A program made the translations under genes and the position numbers. From Octopus vulgaris (lineage: Eukaryota): DNA of 64,000 nucleotides. The stretch is from NCBI GenBank assembly GCA_951406725.2, contig OX597817.1, forward strand, positions 162,316,001 to 162,380,000. Reading direction: 5' to 3'. Below are positions 11,693 to 25,619 of this stretch, piece after piece; positions within the stretch are counted from its first letter, which is position 1, and each line of letters begins with the position of its first letter. The notes under the pieces are model-generated. The model worked only from the letters and a program-made list of their open reading frames with translations, made no database searches and was not told where the DNA came from.

Positions 11693-12723
11693 ACATACAT
11701 ACATACATACATACACACATGCATACATACATACATACATACATACATACACACATGCATACATACATACATACATACATACATACATACACGCACTCAC
11801 ACACACATGCATACATACATACATACATACATACATACATACATACATACATACATACATACATGCATACATACATACATACATAAACGCACTCACACAC
11901 ATATATACATACATATGTGTATATATATGTATATAAACACACATACATATATATATGCACACACATATAGAAATATATATAAATATATAAACATACATAA
12001 CATATATATACTAATCCATAGCTACCTATTTACCTACCTACACACATACACGTATGTATGTATGTATGTATGTATGTATGTATGTATGTATGTATGTATG
12101 TATGTATGTATGTATGTATGTATGTATGTATGTGTGTATGTGTATGTATGTATGTATGAATGTATGTATGTGTGTGTGTGCGCGCGTGTGTATGTATGTA
12201 TGTATGTGTGTGTGTATGTATGTATGTATGTATGTATGTATGTATGTGTGTGTATGTGTGTATGTATGTATGTATGTATGTATGTATGTGTGTATGTGTG
12301 CGTGTGTGTATGTATGTGTGTATGTATGTATGTATGTATGTATGTATGTATATGTGCGTGTGTGTATGTATGTATGTATGTATGTATGTATGTATGTGTG
12401 TGTGTGTGTGTTGTATGTATGTATGTATGTGTGTGTGTATGTATGTATGTATGTGTGTGTGTATGTATGTATGTATGTATGTATGTATGTATGTATGTAT
12501 GTATGTATGTGTGCGTGTGTGTATGTATGTATGTGTGTATGTATGTATGTATGTATGTATGTGTGTGTGTGTATGTATGTATGTATGTATGTGTATGTAT
12601 GTATGTATGTATGTATGTATGTATGTATGTATGTATGTATGTATGTATGTGTGTATGTATGTATGTATGTATGTATGTATGTATGTATGTATGTATGTAT
12701 GTATGTGTGTATGTATGTATGTA

Positions 12724-12754
<31 letters not shown>

Positions 12755-12757
12755 ATA
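11693..12757. repeat. Compound microsatellite, (CATA)n switching to (TATG/TG)n
   Basis: Read directly. It is the source of the spurious 366-aa ORF. Confidence 0.95.
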
Positions 12758-12897
12758 GCTTTTATTTGCTCAGCTGGAAATTGCCGTTAGTGGAAATTTA
12801 TTTGATATGACAATGAATATTCCAATCTTGAGATGAAATCGGTAGATTACGATCTTGATATTCAACGTTTACATCCTTAATTTACGATATATGTACG

Positions 12898-12929
<32 letters not shown>

Positions 12930-14361
12930 TGTATGTATGTATGTATGTATGTATGTATGTATGTATGTATGCATAAATATATGTAGACATACATATATAA
13001 AGGCATTGCTGTGTGGTTAAGAAATTCGCTTTGCAGCCACGTATTTTCGGATTCAGCCCGACTGCGCGGCACCTTGGGCCGATGTCTTCTATTACAGACC
13101 CAGGCCGACTCTCTTGTGAGATAATTTGGTAGATGGGAACTGTATGGAAGTCCGTCGTGTACATAAATATACATACATACACACACACACACTCACATAC
13201 ACATACACACATATACGCACACACACACATATCTGTGTGTAACGAATAGCTTCCTAGATTCTAAGCCAGGATTTGAAACCGAATCTATATTTTTCTACAA
13301 GTCCTCTACCTATCGTTCTCCCTCTTTGCACTTGGAATTTTATGAGAGTCAACTGCCACACTTAGTTTGTTCTATTGTTTAAGTTAACATTTTTAGGTTA
13401 AATAGGGTTCAGGCAGATGAGGGACCAAGAATCCTTTCTTTAGCCTAACTTAATCTAGTCAGAGAAAATATAAATACAGAACCCAATATACCTGTGTTAA
13501 GGCCGAATTAGGTCACTGAAATTAGAGTTGAATTTGGTTAATCTACATTCACCTCTGCTTAACCTAAGAATATGGCGAATTTCTGACGGGTTAAACAAAT
13601 GGATTTTAAGTGAACGATTAAAGAACAATGGAAACAAACGTGAGATTGAGGTTTCGATTCTTGGTCATAAATTCTTTATATGTCTCCTACATAACTAATT
13701 ATAGAAGATGTAGTATCTATATCGAAGATATTCAATTTATTTATTTATTGTGACCCACAAGTAAAAAAAAAAATTACCGGTACACTTCGTATAAAAGGGT
13801 TTAACAATTCAAACTTAAGAATTTAGAAAATAAAGAAATGCATCGTTATATTAATAAATCAAATTCTGTAATATATACAATGCCTCATTTTTTGGTGTGT
13901 GTTTGTTATGTCATAATAGTGCTTCATATCTTTAGGTAGAACTAATTAAAATAAGAATTTAGTTCAACTCCTAAATATTTTTAAACACCGCACAATCTTT
14001 ATGTACGTTTATTAATATAAATATCTGTACGAAAATCTTGAATTTATGATCCCAAGTTTCATGTGATATATACACAATCATCAGTGGAAGAAGCGGGGGT
14101 TTTATGACTATGCATTTTTAATTAATAGGGACACGGTGTTGTGTTTTGTTTTTTCGAAAGAAAACAAAACGAAATATACTAGAACAGACAAAACGACAGA
14201 GATATGTGTAATGGGAGTAAGTTCAATCCCAATGCGTGGCACCTTAGGGAGGTGTTTTCTACTGTAAATCCGGACCGACTAATGCCTTGTGAATGGATTT
14301 GGAAGGCGGAAACTATGTTGAAGCCTGTTGTGCATATGTACGTATGCATATGTGTGTATAT

Positions 14362-14594
14362 CTTTTTTTTTTACTGCCCACAAGGGACTAAACACAGAGG
14401 GGACAAGCAAGGACAGAAAAACGGATTAAGTCGATTATATCGACCCCAGTGCGTAACTGGTACTTATTTAATCGACCCCGAAAGGATGAAAGGCAAAGTC
14501 GACCTCGGCGGAATTTGAACTCAGAACGTAGCGGCAGATGAAATACCGCTAAGCATTTCGCCCGGCGTGCTAACGTTTCTGCCAGCTCGCTGCC
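14362..14594 (-). mobile_element. SINE family B monomer inside an old family-A-like SINE (~14215-14820)
   Basis: B consensus in reverse; diverged A head upstream and A tail downstream. Confidence 0.85.
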
Positions 14595-14987
14595 TGTGTG
14601 TATATCTTTATGTTTGTCCTAACCCACCACTTGATAACCGTTATTGATTTGTTTACGTCTCCGTAACGTAGCGGTTCGACAAAAGTAACCGATGGAATAA
14701 GTACCAGACTTTTAAAAAATACGAACTGGAGCCAATTTTTTCGACTAAACTCTTCAAGATGGTGTTCCAACACGGACACGTTCTAATTTATGAAACAAGT
14801 AAAAAAAAATAAAGATAAAAGGTATGATAAATAATTATGTTTATCCAGATACTACGAAAGGTAATGCGTGTCTTTTAAGGTGTTGGCAGTGAGAGTTAAA
14901 TAGAACAGCTATCAATGAAATAGGAGAAAGTTGTGAAATGTATGAGTAGAATGAATTCTGGCGTAAGGCTATATTGTAATATTTTAA

Positions 14988-16510
14988 AGGCGTCGCGCTG
15001 GCAGAATCGTGAGCACACTGGACAACGTGCTTAGCGGTATTTCGTCTGCCGTTACGTTCTGAGTTCAAACTCCGCCGAAGTCGACTTTGCCTTTTATCCT
15101 TTCGGGGTCGATAAATTAAGTACCAGTTGCATACTGGGATCGACCTAATCGACTGGCTCTCTCTCCAAAAATTTCCAAAAGGATATTTTAAAGGCGGCGA
15201 GCTGGCAGAATGGACAAAATGGTTAGCGAAATTTTTTTTTTTTGGCTTTTCATTCTGAGTTCAAATTCCAGCGAGGGCGACTTTGCCTTTCATCCTTTCG
15301 GGGGCGGTGACATAAGTACCAGTTGAACACTGGGATCGATGTAATCGGCTAACCTTGCTGGCCTTGTGTCAAAATTTGAAATCGATAATTTAGAGGCAGC
15401 GAGCTGGCAGAATCGTTAGCACACTGGACAACATGCTTAGCGGTATTTCGTCTGCCGTTACGTTCTGAGTTCAAACTCCGCCGAAGTCGACTTTGCCTTT
15501 CATCCTTTCGGAGTCGATTAAATAAGTACCAGTTACGCACGGGGTCGATATAATCGACTTAGTCCGTTTGTCTGTCCTTGTTTGTCCTCTCTGTGTTTAG
15601 CCCTTTGTGGGTAGTAAAGAAATAGGTATTTCGTCTGCTGTTACGTTCTGAGTTCAAACTCCGCCGAAGTCGACTTTGCCTTTCATCCTTTCGGAGTCGA
15701 TTAAATAAGTACCAGTTACGCACTGGGGTCGATATAATCGACTTAATCCGTTTGTCTGTCCTTGTTTGTCCCCTCTGTGTTTGGCCCCTTGTGGGTAGTA
15801 AAGAAATAGGTATTTCGTCTCTCTTCATGTTCTGAGTTCAAATTCCGCCGAGGTCAACTTTGTCTTTCATCCTTTCGGGGTCGATTAAATAAGTACCAGT
15901 TACGCACTGGGGTCGATATAATCGACTTAGTCCGTTTGTCTGTCCTTGTTTGTCCCCTCTGTGTTTAGCCCCTTGTGGGTAGTAAAGAAATAGGTATTTC
16001 GTCTGCCGTTACGTTCTGTGTTCAAACTCCGCCGAAGTCGACTTTGCCTTTCATCCTTTCGGAGTCGATTAAATAAGTACCAGTTACACACTGGGGTCGA
16101 TATAATCAACTTAATCCGTTTGTCTGTCCTTGTTTGTCCCCTCTGTGTTTAGCCCCTTGTGGGTAGTAAAGAAATAGGTATTTCGTCTCTCTTCATGTTC
16201 TGAGTTCAAATCCCACCGCATGGTGGACATTGCTGTTCATCCTTTCGAGAGCGATAAAATAAGTACAAGTTGAGCGCTGGGGTTGATGTAATCGACTATC
16301 CCTCTCCCCAAACTTGCTAGCTTTATGTCAAAATTCGGAATCAATTCAAAGGCGGCAAGCTGGCAGAATTGTTAGCACGCCGGACAAAATGCTTAACAGT
16401 ATTTCGTTCGGCTTTACGTTCTGAGTTCAAATTCCACCGTGGTCGATATTGCCTTTCATCCAAGTACCAATTAAACACTGGAGTTGATGTAACCGACTTA
16501 GCACACCCTG
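14988..16510 (+). mobile_element. Cluster and tandem array of SINE family B (184-bp units)
   Basis: Units start GTATTTCGTC at 15626, 15810, 15994 and 16178 (184-bp period). Further B copies begin near 14988, 15191, 15395 and 16350. Confidence 0.9.
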
Positions 16511-16861
16511 CCTTTAGTAGAAAGAAGAAAATAATTAAGGGATTAATAAAGTCATACTGGAATATTTAACGCTAAATGAGCGAAAGATTATGGTATAGAA
16601 TTTAAATCAAAAATATTGATGGGGCGATAAAGTACCTAAATGCAGAAAGAGCCGAGTCTATGAAACTGTGTATACAAATGAAATAAACTAAGTATGCAAT
16701 AAAGTGTCTGAAAAGCTTTAAATTGAGGAAGTAAGTGGTATGATAAGGCAATTATGGCGGCTAGAGCAGATGTGATTTTATGAAATAGGTTAAAGGATAA
16801 GAGGGAGTGGAATGAAAAAGTGATAGAATAGATAAATTAATATAGCTATTTAGCTACGTAA

Positions 16862-16899
<38 letters not shown>

Positions 16900-16924
16900 G
16901 TGTGTGTTTATGCATACATATTTA

Positions 16925-16985
<61 letters not shown>

Positions 16986-16989
<4 letters not shown>

Positions 16990-17354
16990 TCGCCCAGCGT
17001 TGCTCAGGTTTGTAAGGGAAATAACTATAAAGCATTTTTAGAGAGTTATAGCCAAAAAATAGCAAAAAAATGGAAAAAAAATGATGGTAAATTTTTTTTG
17101 AGAGTTAAAAAAGGTCGAGTTGTGTCCCCTAGACAGTCTGTGGTTTGTGTTTCTGATTCTCGACCCCATGTCGAATTTATCGATTTTTTCAGAACTGGGG
17201 GAACTTTTCAAAATTTTCGCTGCGTTAGTTTTGAATTATGACATTGGGCTATGTGTGTGTCAAGTTTGGCCGCAGTCAAATGACTGAAACAAGTACAAAA
17301 AAAAAAGACACACAGAAACACACACAGACAAACTGCCGTTTATATATAGAGAGA
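16986..17354 (-). mobile_element. Non-autonomous Helitron (subfamily 2), 3' tip lost
   Basis: Minus strand starts TCTCTCTATATATAAACGGCAG and has the 3' hairpin cctgagcaacgctgggcgatac. Homologous to 33200-33582. A SINE A tail fragment lies inside at ~17268-17306. Confidence 0.8.
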
Positions 17355-17414
17355 TATATATGTATATATATATATATACATACATACATACATACATACT
17401 TACATATATACATA

Positions 17415-17739
17415 GGAGCACTCCGTCGGTTCCGACGACGAGGGTCCCAGCTGATACGATCAACGGAACAGTCTGCTCATGAAATTAACGTGCCAGTGAC
17501 TAAGCAATCCACAGACACGCGTACCCCTAATGTAGTTCTCAGGGAGATTCAGCGTGACACAAAGTGTGACATGGCCGGACCTTGGAAATACAGGTACAAC
17601 TCATTTTAACCAGCTGAGTGGACTGGAGCAACGTGAAATAAAGTGTCTTGCTGAAGGACACTACGCGTCGCCGGGAATCGAACTTACGACCTTACAATCG
17701 TGAGTCGAATGCCCTAACCACTAAGCCACGCGCCTTCAC
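17415..17739 (-). mobile_element. tRNA-headed SINE family D (CORE-like centre) with the same tail as family C
   Basis: Minus strand GTGAAGGCGCGTGGCTTAGTGGTTAGGGC..GTTCGATTCCC..gtgtccttcagcaagacactttatttcac; the tail matches 32795-32980. Confidence 0.85.
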
Positions 17740-17750
17740 ATATATACATA

Positions 17751-18210
17751 CAGCATAACTAAAACATACAAGAAAACAAAACCCACCACTTATAATTTAA
17801 TTAATGTAGAAGCAAAAAAATTAGCGACAAGGTTTTAAAAAGAAGACAGAGTAGAAAAGCTTGTCCCACGAAACTCTTTTGTAACCCTGAAAGACTATAA
17901 AGTTAACTTCACGCAAAACCCTAGCTGTAGATTAATAAATCCTACAAATATGAATGATTAGTAAGTCCATATTAGATAATGTCATACGACACGTCAGAGC
18001 ATACTCAAACTTTACTCAATGGATATATAGTCGTGCAACTGTTGAACTGTTTAAGAAAACATTTGATAAACCCAAATGCAAATTAATCTAATTTGACATC
18101 ATCGAGTTTTACCCCTCGATCTCCAAAAGCTTGCTTCAAAAGGGGCTTGAATCTAGTAAGGAATGTGTTATCATAACAAACACTAGTATAGATGTTATTA
18201 AGAACTCATT
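17751..18210 (+). pseudogene. Penelope-like reverse transcriptase fragment
   Basis: SITKTYKK..FVTLKDYKVNFTQNPSCRLINPT..ISKSILD..FTQW..KCKLI*FDIIEFYPSISKSLL, matching the PLE RT motifs TLKDHK, CRLINP and FDIxEFYPSI. Confidence 0.85.
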
Positions 18211-18229
18211 TTCATTGTTCGACATCTAC

Positions 18230-18302
<73 letters not shown>

Positions 18303-18461
18303 TGTATATATAATATATATATATATACATATTGTTGTGTGGACGCCCCCAGACGATGAAGTAGACAAGCCCATACGTAGATATAGAGGGAGAAGTCTAG
18401 ACGCCGAGAGAGAGTAGTAGGAGTTGAGTAGAGGTCAGCCGAACGTGCGACATAACATATA

Positions 18462-18535
<74 letters not shown>

Positions 18536-18599
18536 CGTTATTTGCAGTGTGTACAGCGAAATCTGAAACAATGATTTGTATATTTATTCTTAATAAGCG

Positions 18600-19620
18600 C
18601 CGGAAGAAGAAAACACAAATATGCTAGTCCTTGTAGTATACGTCACAGGAGAGCAACTTCTCCCTTTTACGACGACAGTGTGTTCATAACACACTGTTGC
18701 AAGGGATTCTGAAACACCGATGTTTCGACATGTGTCTCATCAACCTGGATTTTTGAGCCTAAGCAATCCACTGGCAATACTTTCTGCAAGATCGAAACGC
18801 AAATATGCTAGTCGCTATTGTGTACATTTTTTAAGAGTTTAGCTTTGGACAGGATTTTTTAGTTAAATTATAAAGTGCAGATTTAACTTTCGATTTACAG
18901 ATGTTGCAAGCTAGTGAAATTTGGATGTTATTGTTAGAGTCTCTGAATGAATAAGTATGACAATTGTAACATTGTTTGAAATGTTTGGATGTCATTCCAG
19001 TGAAAGTTTTAGAAGTGTTGTTTTCGCTGCATTTTCAAACTGTTCTCAGTTAAGTAACTGAAGTCCAAGGCAGGTGTTGGAGTGAATGTAGTTACATTGG
19101 TTTTTGATAAGCAAATTTATGTTATGTTGGTTCAGTTTTGAAAGGTTCAAATTAGGTAAGTACACATCAAATTTAGGAGAGGTAAAGTACGAGATTTTGA
19201 TGGTATTTTTGTTTAAAAATTCGATAATATTGGTTTTGTAGGGAAAATATCGATTTTTTAAAATTTGGCACCTAGTGTAACTTCAGCGATGTTATAAGGT
19301 GGATTTAACGGGATAATATTTTTTTCTAATTTGTGTAAAGATATTCTACGTCTTCAGTGTTTGGGATGTTATCGTTAAACTCATTCATAGATTTGGCATT
19401 ATTAAGATATTGAGAATATTTGCAAAAATTTTCTTATAAGCAGAGATTTGAAACAATTTAGGAAAGGATTAAGACCAGATTCTTAAAAATATTCCACGAG
19501 TAGTGCAAGTATTTATTCAGCCAGTTTACAGATTCGTTCGGTTTATAGTAAACGGAGAATATGGAGATAGTAATTTGCTAAGAAATTTGCTCTGAATCAG
19601 TCGGTGTTTGCGGGCTGCAA
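18600..19620 (-). mobile_element. Penelope-like remnant (RT C-terminus, linker, pseudo-LTR with decayed hammerhead)
   Basis: Minus-strand peptides YYKPNESVNWLNK..NIFKNL, KNIIPLNPPYN..GAKF and NKNTIKISY. Direct repeat caaatatgctagtc near 18616 and 18800. Hammerhead relic at 18706-18750. Confidence 0.7.
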
Positions 19621-20738
19621 ATGCTTGAAACCTCAATGTATGAAAGCCAACTCAATGCCAGGAGAGGAAAAAAACGTTTTAAAGTAATGTAAGGTATTCA
19701 GACAAATAAGAATATTGCTACCATCGCATTAGAGGAATTTCGTTATACTCTGATTTCATGAAAACTTATACCAGAGAGTAACATTTGAAACATTACTCTA
19801 TAAAAACAAGAGAGATACTATCTTGACTTCGTGAATGATTCTGTCTGATAAATTTTAGCTAATTGCACCAATAGCTATTTTAGTCGGAGTGAGTCTAATA
19901 AATGAGCTTTACTTCGAAATTAGGCTCGTGGGTTTTGAAGGTGAAATGCAGTGCGGAGCTCAGAAAGGATTTAGTCATCTTTATCTGACTACATAAGCAT
20001 TATTACATTAATATTATATTAATTACACAATTAGTTTAAACGGTAATGGGGAAACGTACTTATAAATCTAATCTTTAGTCTTGAGCTAACGCCGTTAGGT
20101 GTTTAGTGCCCTCATGAGAAACCTGATGTATATAACATCAAGGCATCGATCTTGAAACTTCTTTGTAACACAAGATTTTCTGATAGAAATTTCTGGAAAA
20201 TTAAGATGATATAGTTGGAAGAAGATATATCCAAGAAATAGTCGTGTGATTTCTCTAAGCTCACTTCTGTTTGAATTACGCAAATTACCTAAGTCATAAA
20301 TGTGTTCTGCTCCTTTTGTATATGTCTTAGTCTCTTGGCTACAAGAGATAGGTTAGGACGAGTGTCGTGCCGATGACGCCTATTGCGACAGAAACTTGTG
20401 GACACGACTGTCATCTTATCTCCAGACAATAAGCCTGTCCTTTTTCTTATTGACATGTCAACTTTGGAGAAATTCTTGAGTCTTGATAGCATGTCCCCTT
20501 CTCATGTGGAACAGACATCAATAGCCATCTGGTTATTATGGTATATTCTCGGTGGAGATAATTTATGTCATATGGTATTTGATATACCTGTATTCGTCTA
20601 TGTTATTTAAATGCATGCTATGGCTACCTTGGGTTATAACGCATTTTTGGTTACACACACACACAAACACACATTTATGAGGAATGTAGTGACGTTGATT
20701 ATGATTATTATAAATATGGCTGACGGAAAGTACTCCGT

Positions 20739-20787
<49 letters not shown>

Positions 20788-21239
20788 GGTGAGAGAGAGA
20801 GAGAAGGAGTACATCAGACTGACAGACAGTCAGACAGGCAGGTAGAGACCGAGGAGAAATATAACACCGACAGGCAGACAGACAGGCAAGCACCGAGACG
20901 GATTGAAATAGAAGACAAATCATATGCACGTACGTATATTTTCACACACACACACACTCTCTCTCTCTCTCGCACACACACACACACATAACGCGCCACA
21001 CACAAACGCACACATATGACACACACATGCACATATCCTCACAGTCATATAAGCACATACATGCACACAGACCAGCAAACAACATTAGAAGCAGACATAT
21101 GCACATACACACGCAAACACATACACGAGAAGAACCATTTGCAGAAACAATAGTTAAGCTGTCATACGCACAATAATAGCCTTTCTCTCTCTCCCTTCAC
21201 ACACACACGTGTATATATATATACAATTATATATATATA

Positions 21240-21527
21240 CTAGCAGTATCGCCCGGCATTGCTCGGGTTTGTAAGGGAAATAACTATATAAGCATTTTTA
21301 GCGAGTTACTTCTCTTATATAATAGCAAAAAAATGCATTAAAAATGGGAAAAAATGATGGTAAATTTTATTTTAAGTCGTAGACGCGCGCTAATACCCAG
21401 AAGGGCTCGATATGAATCACGACTATAAGGTACCCGGTTTTGGTTAAACTGCACCGCAAAATGTGGGAGTAGTTAGGAATTTAAATCGTAGGAGACAGAC
21501 ACACAACTTCTCTTTTATATATAAAGA
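21240..21527 (-). mobile_element. Non-autonomous Helitron (subfamily 1)
   Basis: Minus strand 5' TCTTTATATATAAAAG to 3' hairpin cccgagcaatgccggg plus CTAG, inserted at A^T in (TA)n. Confidence 0.9.
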
Positions 21528-21623
21528 TATATATACACTCACAGACACATAAGCAGTCATTCACAAGGGCATATAGTCTCACCCCCAACAACGCACAAAC
21601 ACAAACACACACACACACACACA

Positions 21624-21674
<51 letters not shown>

Positions 21675-21711
21675 GCACACACACACACAAGCACACACAC
21701 ACACACACACA

Positions 21712-21796
<85 letters not shown>

Positions 21797-21920
21797 GCTA
21801 AAACGTTCAAGCGTAAGTTCAAACGCATTCTTAATCATTAAGCCATCACACACACAAACAGAAATAGATATATATGCGCGTGCACGCATTACTGCACCTC
21901 TACACACTCATATACACAAG

Positions 21921-21959
<39 letters not shown>

Positions 21960-22038
21960 ACATGAGCTTCCTGACACGCACACATTATTACCCTTACACA
22001 GCCATATGCAATCGCATACAATCACAGTCATAGATATA

Positions 22039-22660
22039 CGACGGGGTGCTGAAAAAGTTCCTGGCTTTGAGTAAAAAGAAATAAATACAGGGGAATCAGT
22101 TTAATTATGATTTTATTCAACACTAGCAGTATCGCCCGGCGTTGCTCGGGTTTGTAAGGGAAATAACTATAAAGCATTTTTAGAGAGTTATAGCCAAAAA
22201 ATAGCAAAAAATGCATTAAAAATGAAAAAAAATTATGGTAATTTTTTTTTTAAATCGTTGACACATCGTAGACATTTTTAGAGAGTTACTTCACTTATAT
22301 TAAAAAAAATATGCATTAAAATGGAAAAAATGATGGTAAATTATTTTTAAAATCGTAGACTCATCGTAGACGCGCGCTAATACCCAGAAGGGCTCGGTAT
22401 GAATCACGACTATAAGATACCCGGTTTTGGTTAAACTGCACTGCAAAATGTGGGAGTAATTAGGAATCTAAATCGGAGTAGACAGACACACAACCTTTCT
22501 TTTATATATAAAGATATTTATTCCCTTCTCAGATTCGCATACTTACTGCAGCGGTCCTTCGGTTTCCCTAAGCCCTGTAAAAGAAGTCGGAAGGTTGGGG
22601 CTCCAATCCGGCTTTTCGCGACACCCATAAAGCCAGGAACTTTTCAGCACCCTCACCTCG
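22039..22660. mobile_element. Non-autonomous mariner (MITE) carrying a nested Helitron
   Basis: TA-CGACGGGGTGCTGAAAAAGTTCCTGGCTTT ... AAAGCCAGGAACTTTTCAGCACCCTCACCTCG-TA: imperfect ~30-bp TIRs with a TA TSD. Confidence 0.85.
22123..22514 (-). mobile_element. Non-autonomous Helitron (subfamily 1) nested in the mariner MITE
   Basis: TC...hairpin...CTAG ends at an A^T target, with an internal partial duplication. Confidence 0.9.
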
Positions 22661-22674
22661 TATGTAGACAGACA

Positions 22675-22712
<38 letters not shown>

Positions 22713-22714
22713 CA

Positions 22715-22766
<52 letters not shown>

Positions 22767-23459
22767 TACATACATACATACACACAATCATTAATTGCCT
22801 CACCCGAACAGACACTCGTCAGCTGCACAGTTATAATTACGCACACACACACACACGCACACACGCACACACGCACGCACACATGCACACACACCTTCAC
22901 CACCACCACCACCACCACCACCACCACCACCATCACCACACAACACTCACATACGGAACAAACACGTAATCAACAATAGCTCACACATGCTCATACACAC
23001 ACCCACACAGTCACAACACATACATGCAGACAACACACACACACACACAACATATACACACGCACGTACATGCATACAGACATACACTCAGATAACCTGC
23101 ATATTGATACGCACATAGATGCACACACATACATTACAGACACATACTTACATACATATACATGCACACACACACATGCATTACACGCACACATGCATTA
23201 CACGCACACACACATATACCTACACACCCACACATTTCTATTGTTTCCGATGATCCACTTTACTTTGCCACAGTTTCTTCTGTCTCCCCTTCCCTCTTCC
23301 CACGACACGCAAAGACGCACGCACACGCTCACACATAAAGAACAATAACACACACACATATACACCCTTATTAGGAACACATATGCATACATACACTTCG
23401 GTGTATATCTTGCCTGCAAGTGAATATATATATATATATATATGTCTGTGGTTTATTTT

Positions 23460-24080
23460 CATCATCGTTGTCGCCGACATATCATCATCATCATCATCAT
23501 CAGCGTCGTCGTCGTCGTCGTGATGTCGTCGTCGTCGTCGTGATGTCATCATCGTAGTCGTCGTCGACGTCATATCAGCGTCGTCGTCATATCAGCGTCG
23601 TCGTCATATCATCATCATCATCATCATCATCGTCGTCGTCTTTGTCATCGTCGTCGTCGTCGTCTTTGTCGTCGTCTTTGTCGTCATATCATCATCAGCG
23701 TCATCATCGTCGATGTCACATCATCCTCGTCGTTGTCATATCATCATCGTCATTGTCGTCGTCATATCATTATCGTCGTAGTTGTCGTCATATCATCATC
23801 ATCATCATCATCGTCGTCGTCGTCGTCGTCGTCATATCATCATCAGCGTCATCATCGTCGACGTCACATCATCCTCGTCGTTGTCATGTCATCGTCGTCG
23901 CCGTCGTATCATTATCGTCGTAGTTGTCGTCGTCGTAACATCATCATCACCGTCGTCGTTGTTGTCATCATCTTCGTCGTCATCATCATCATCATCATCG
24001 CAGTAGTCGTCGTTGTCATCATCATCGTCGTCGTCGTCTCCGTCGTTGTCGTTGTCGTCGACGTCATCATCATCACCATT
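23460..24080. repeat. (CAT/CGT)n low-complexity tract
   Basis: Read directly; contiguous with the (GAT)n tail of the adjacent minus-strand RTE-tailed SINE. Confidence 0.9.
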
Positions 24081-25125
24081 GTAACGACTCTTTTCCATGC
24101 TTGCATGGGTTAGGCAGAGTTTATTTTCTACAGCCGGATGCCTTTGCTGTTGCCAGCTTTTCACCTGCTTCCAAAGCAAGGCAATATTTTTCCATGGCCA
24201 AAAGGCGGCTGACTGGCAGAATCGTTACCACGCACGGCGGTATGCTTAACGAGATTTCACCCGTCTTCATGTTCTGAGTTCAAATTCCGCCGGGGCGACT
24301 TTGCCTTTCATCCTTTCGGGGTCGATAAATTTTGTACCAGTGAAACAGTAGGGTCGATGTAATCGACTAATTCCCTCTCCCAAAACTTCAAGGCCTTGTA
24401 CCTTCAAAAGAAAAGAATTTATATTTTAAATTGGCAGAAACGTTAGCACGCCGGGTGAACTACTTGGCGGTATTTCGTCCGCCGTTACGTTCTGAGCTCA
24501 AATTCCACCGAGGTCGACTTTGCCTTTCATCCTTTCGGGGTCGATAAATTAAGTACCAGCTACGCACTGGGGTCGATGTAATCGACTTAATACCTATGTC
24601 TGTCCTTGTTTGTCTCCTCTGTGTTTAGCCCCTTGTGGGTAATAAAGAAATAGGTATTTCGTCCGCCGCTGCGTTCTGAGTTCAAATTCCACCGAGGTCG
24701 ACTTTGCCTTTCACCCATTCGGGGTCGATAAATTAAGTACCAGTAACCCACTGGGATCGATATAATCGACTTAATCCGTCTGTCTGTCCTTGTTTGTCCT
24801 CTCTGTGTTTAGCCCCTTGTGGGTAGTAAAGAAATAAGAAACGTTAGCACGCCGGGCGAACTGCTTGGCGGTATTTCGTCCGTCTTTGCTGTTCATCCTT
24901 TTGGGGTCGATGAATTAAGTACCAGTTGCATACAGAGGTTGACCTAATCGACTGCCCCTACCCTTCCCCAAAATTTCGGGCCTTGTGCCTAGAGTAGAAA
25001 AGAATATTTCTTCATGGCCAGACAAGTTTAAGCAGAATAATAGAGGGTGGGGAATGACACTGCTTGTATGACGGTGATACTCATTTACAACCTCTACGCG
25101 ATGTCAAGACAAAGACACACATACA

Positions 25126-25160
<35 letters not shown>

Positions 25161-25282
25161 GGTGGGCTTCTTTCAGTTTCCGTCTATCAAATCCACTCAT
25201 AAGGCTTTAGTCGGACCGGCACTATAGTGGAAGATGCTTGCCCATGGTATATTACAGTGAAACTGAACCCCAAACCAAGTCG
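24060..25282 (-). mobile_element. Old A-head/RTE-tail SINE interrupted by a family B array (24201-25002, plus strand)
   Basis: An 18-bp duplication, aatatttttccatggcca (24183-24200) and aatatttcttcatggcca (25003-25020), flanks the B array. Confidence 0.8.
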
Positions 25283-25619
25283 TTCGGAAGCAAACTTCTT
25301 TGCGTTTTGATTTGTTGGTCATGGGTGGAGTTCCTTTGATCATAGGTCTGCTCAATCATGGCTTCCCTGGAGCAATACAATAACAACACCGAACCAACGA
25401 AGGTAACTCTTCGTGGTCACTCGTCCTACTAGAAATAATAGCTAAATCTCTCTCGAACCACACCTTTCTCTCTTTAAAAGGGATGAAGGACATATTGTAT
25501 AATTTAGTCCTATTGTCTTACTTACCTCAGTGTCTGAATTAAAGACACGAGTGGCACGGTTGGAATGTCTTTCATCATAGGTTTGCTTCGTCAGAACTAG
25601 GCTTGGTTAAACTACGACG

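Noticed and set aside
11690-12810. Long ORFs (366, 234 and 216 aa) and the many similar YIHT, CMYV and HT ORFs across the window
   Set aside because: They are translations of stop-free microsatellites with no protein-like content.
13238-13850. Possible solo LTR TGTAACGA...TCGTTATA
   Set aside because: The 3' end is TA rather than CA, and the flanks (TGTG and TTAA) give no TSD.
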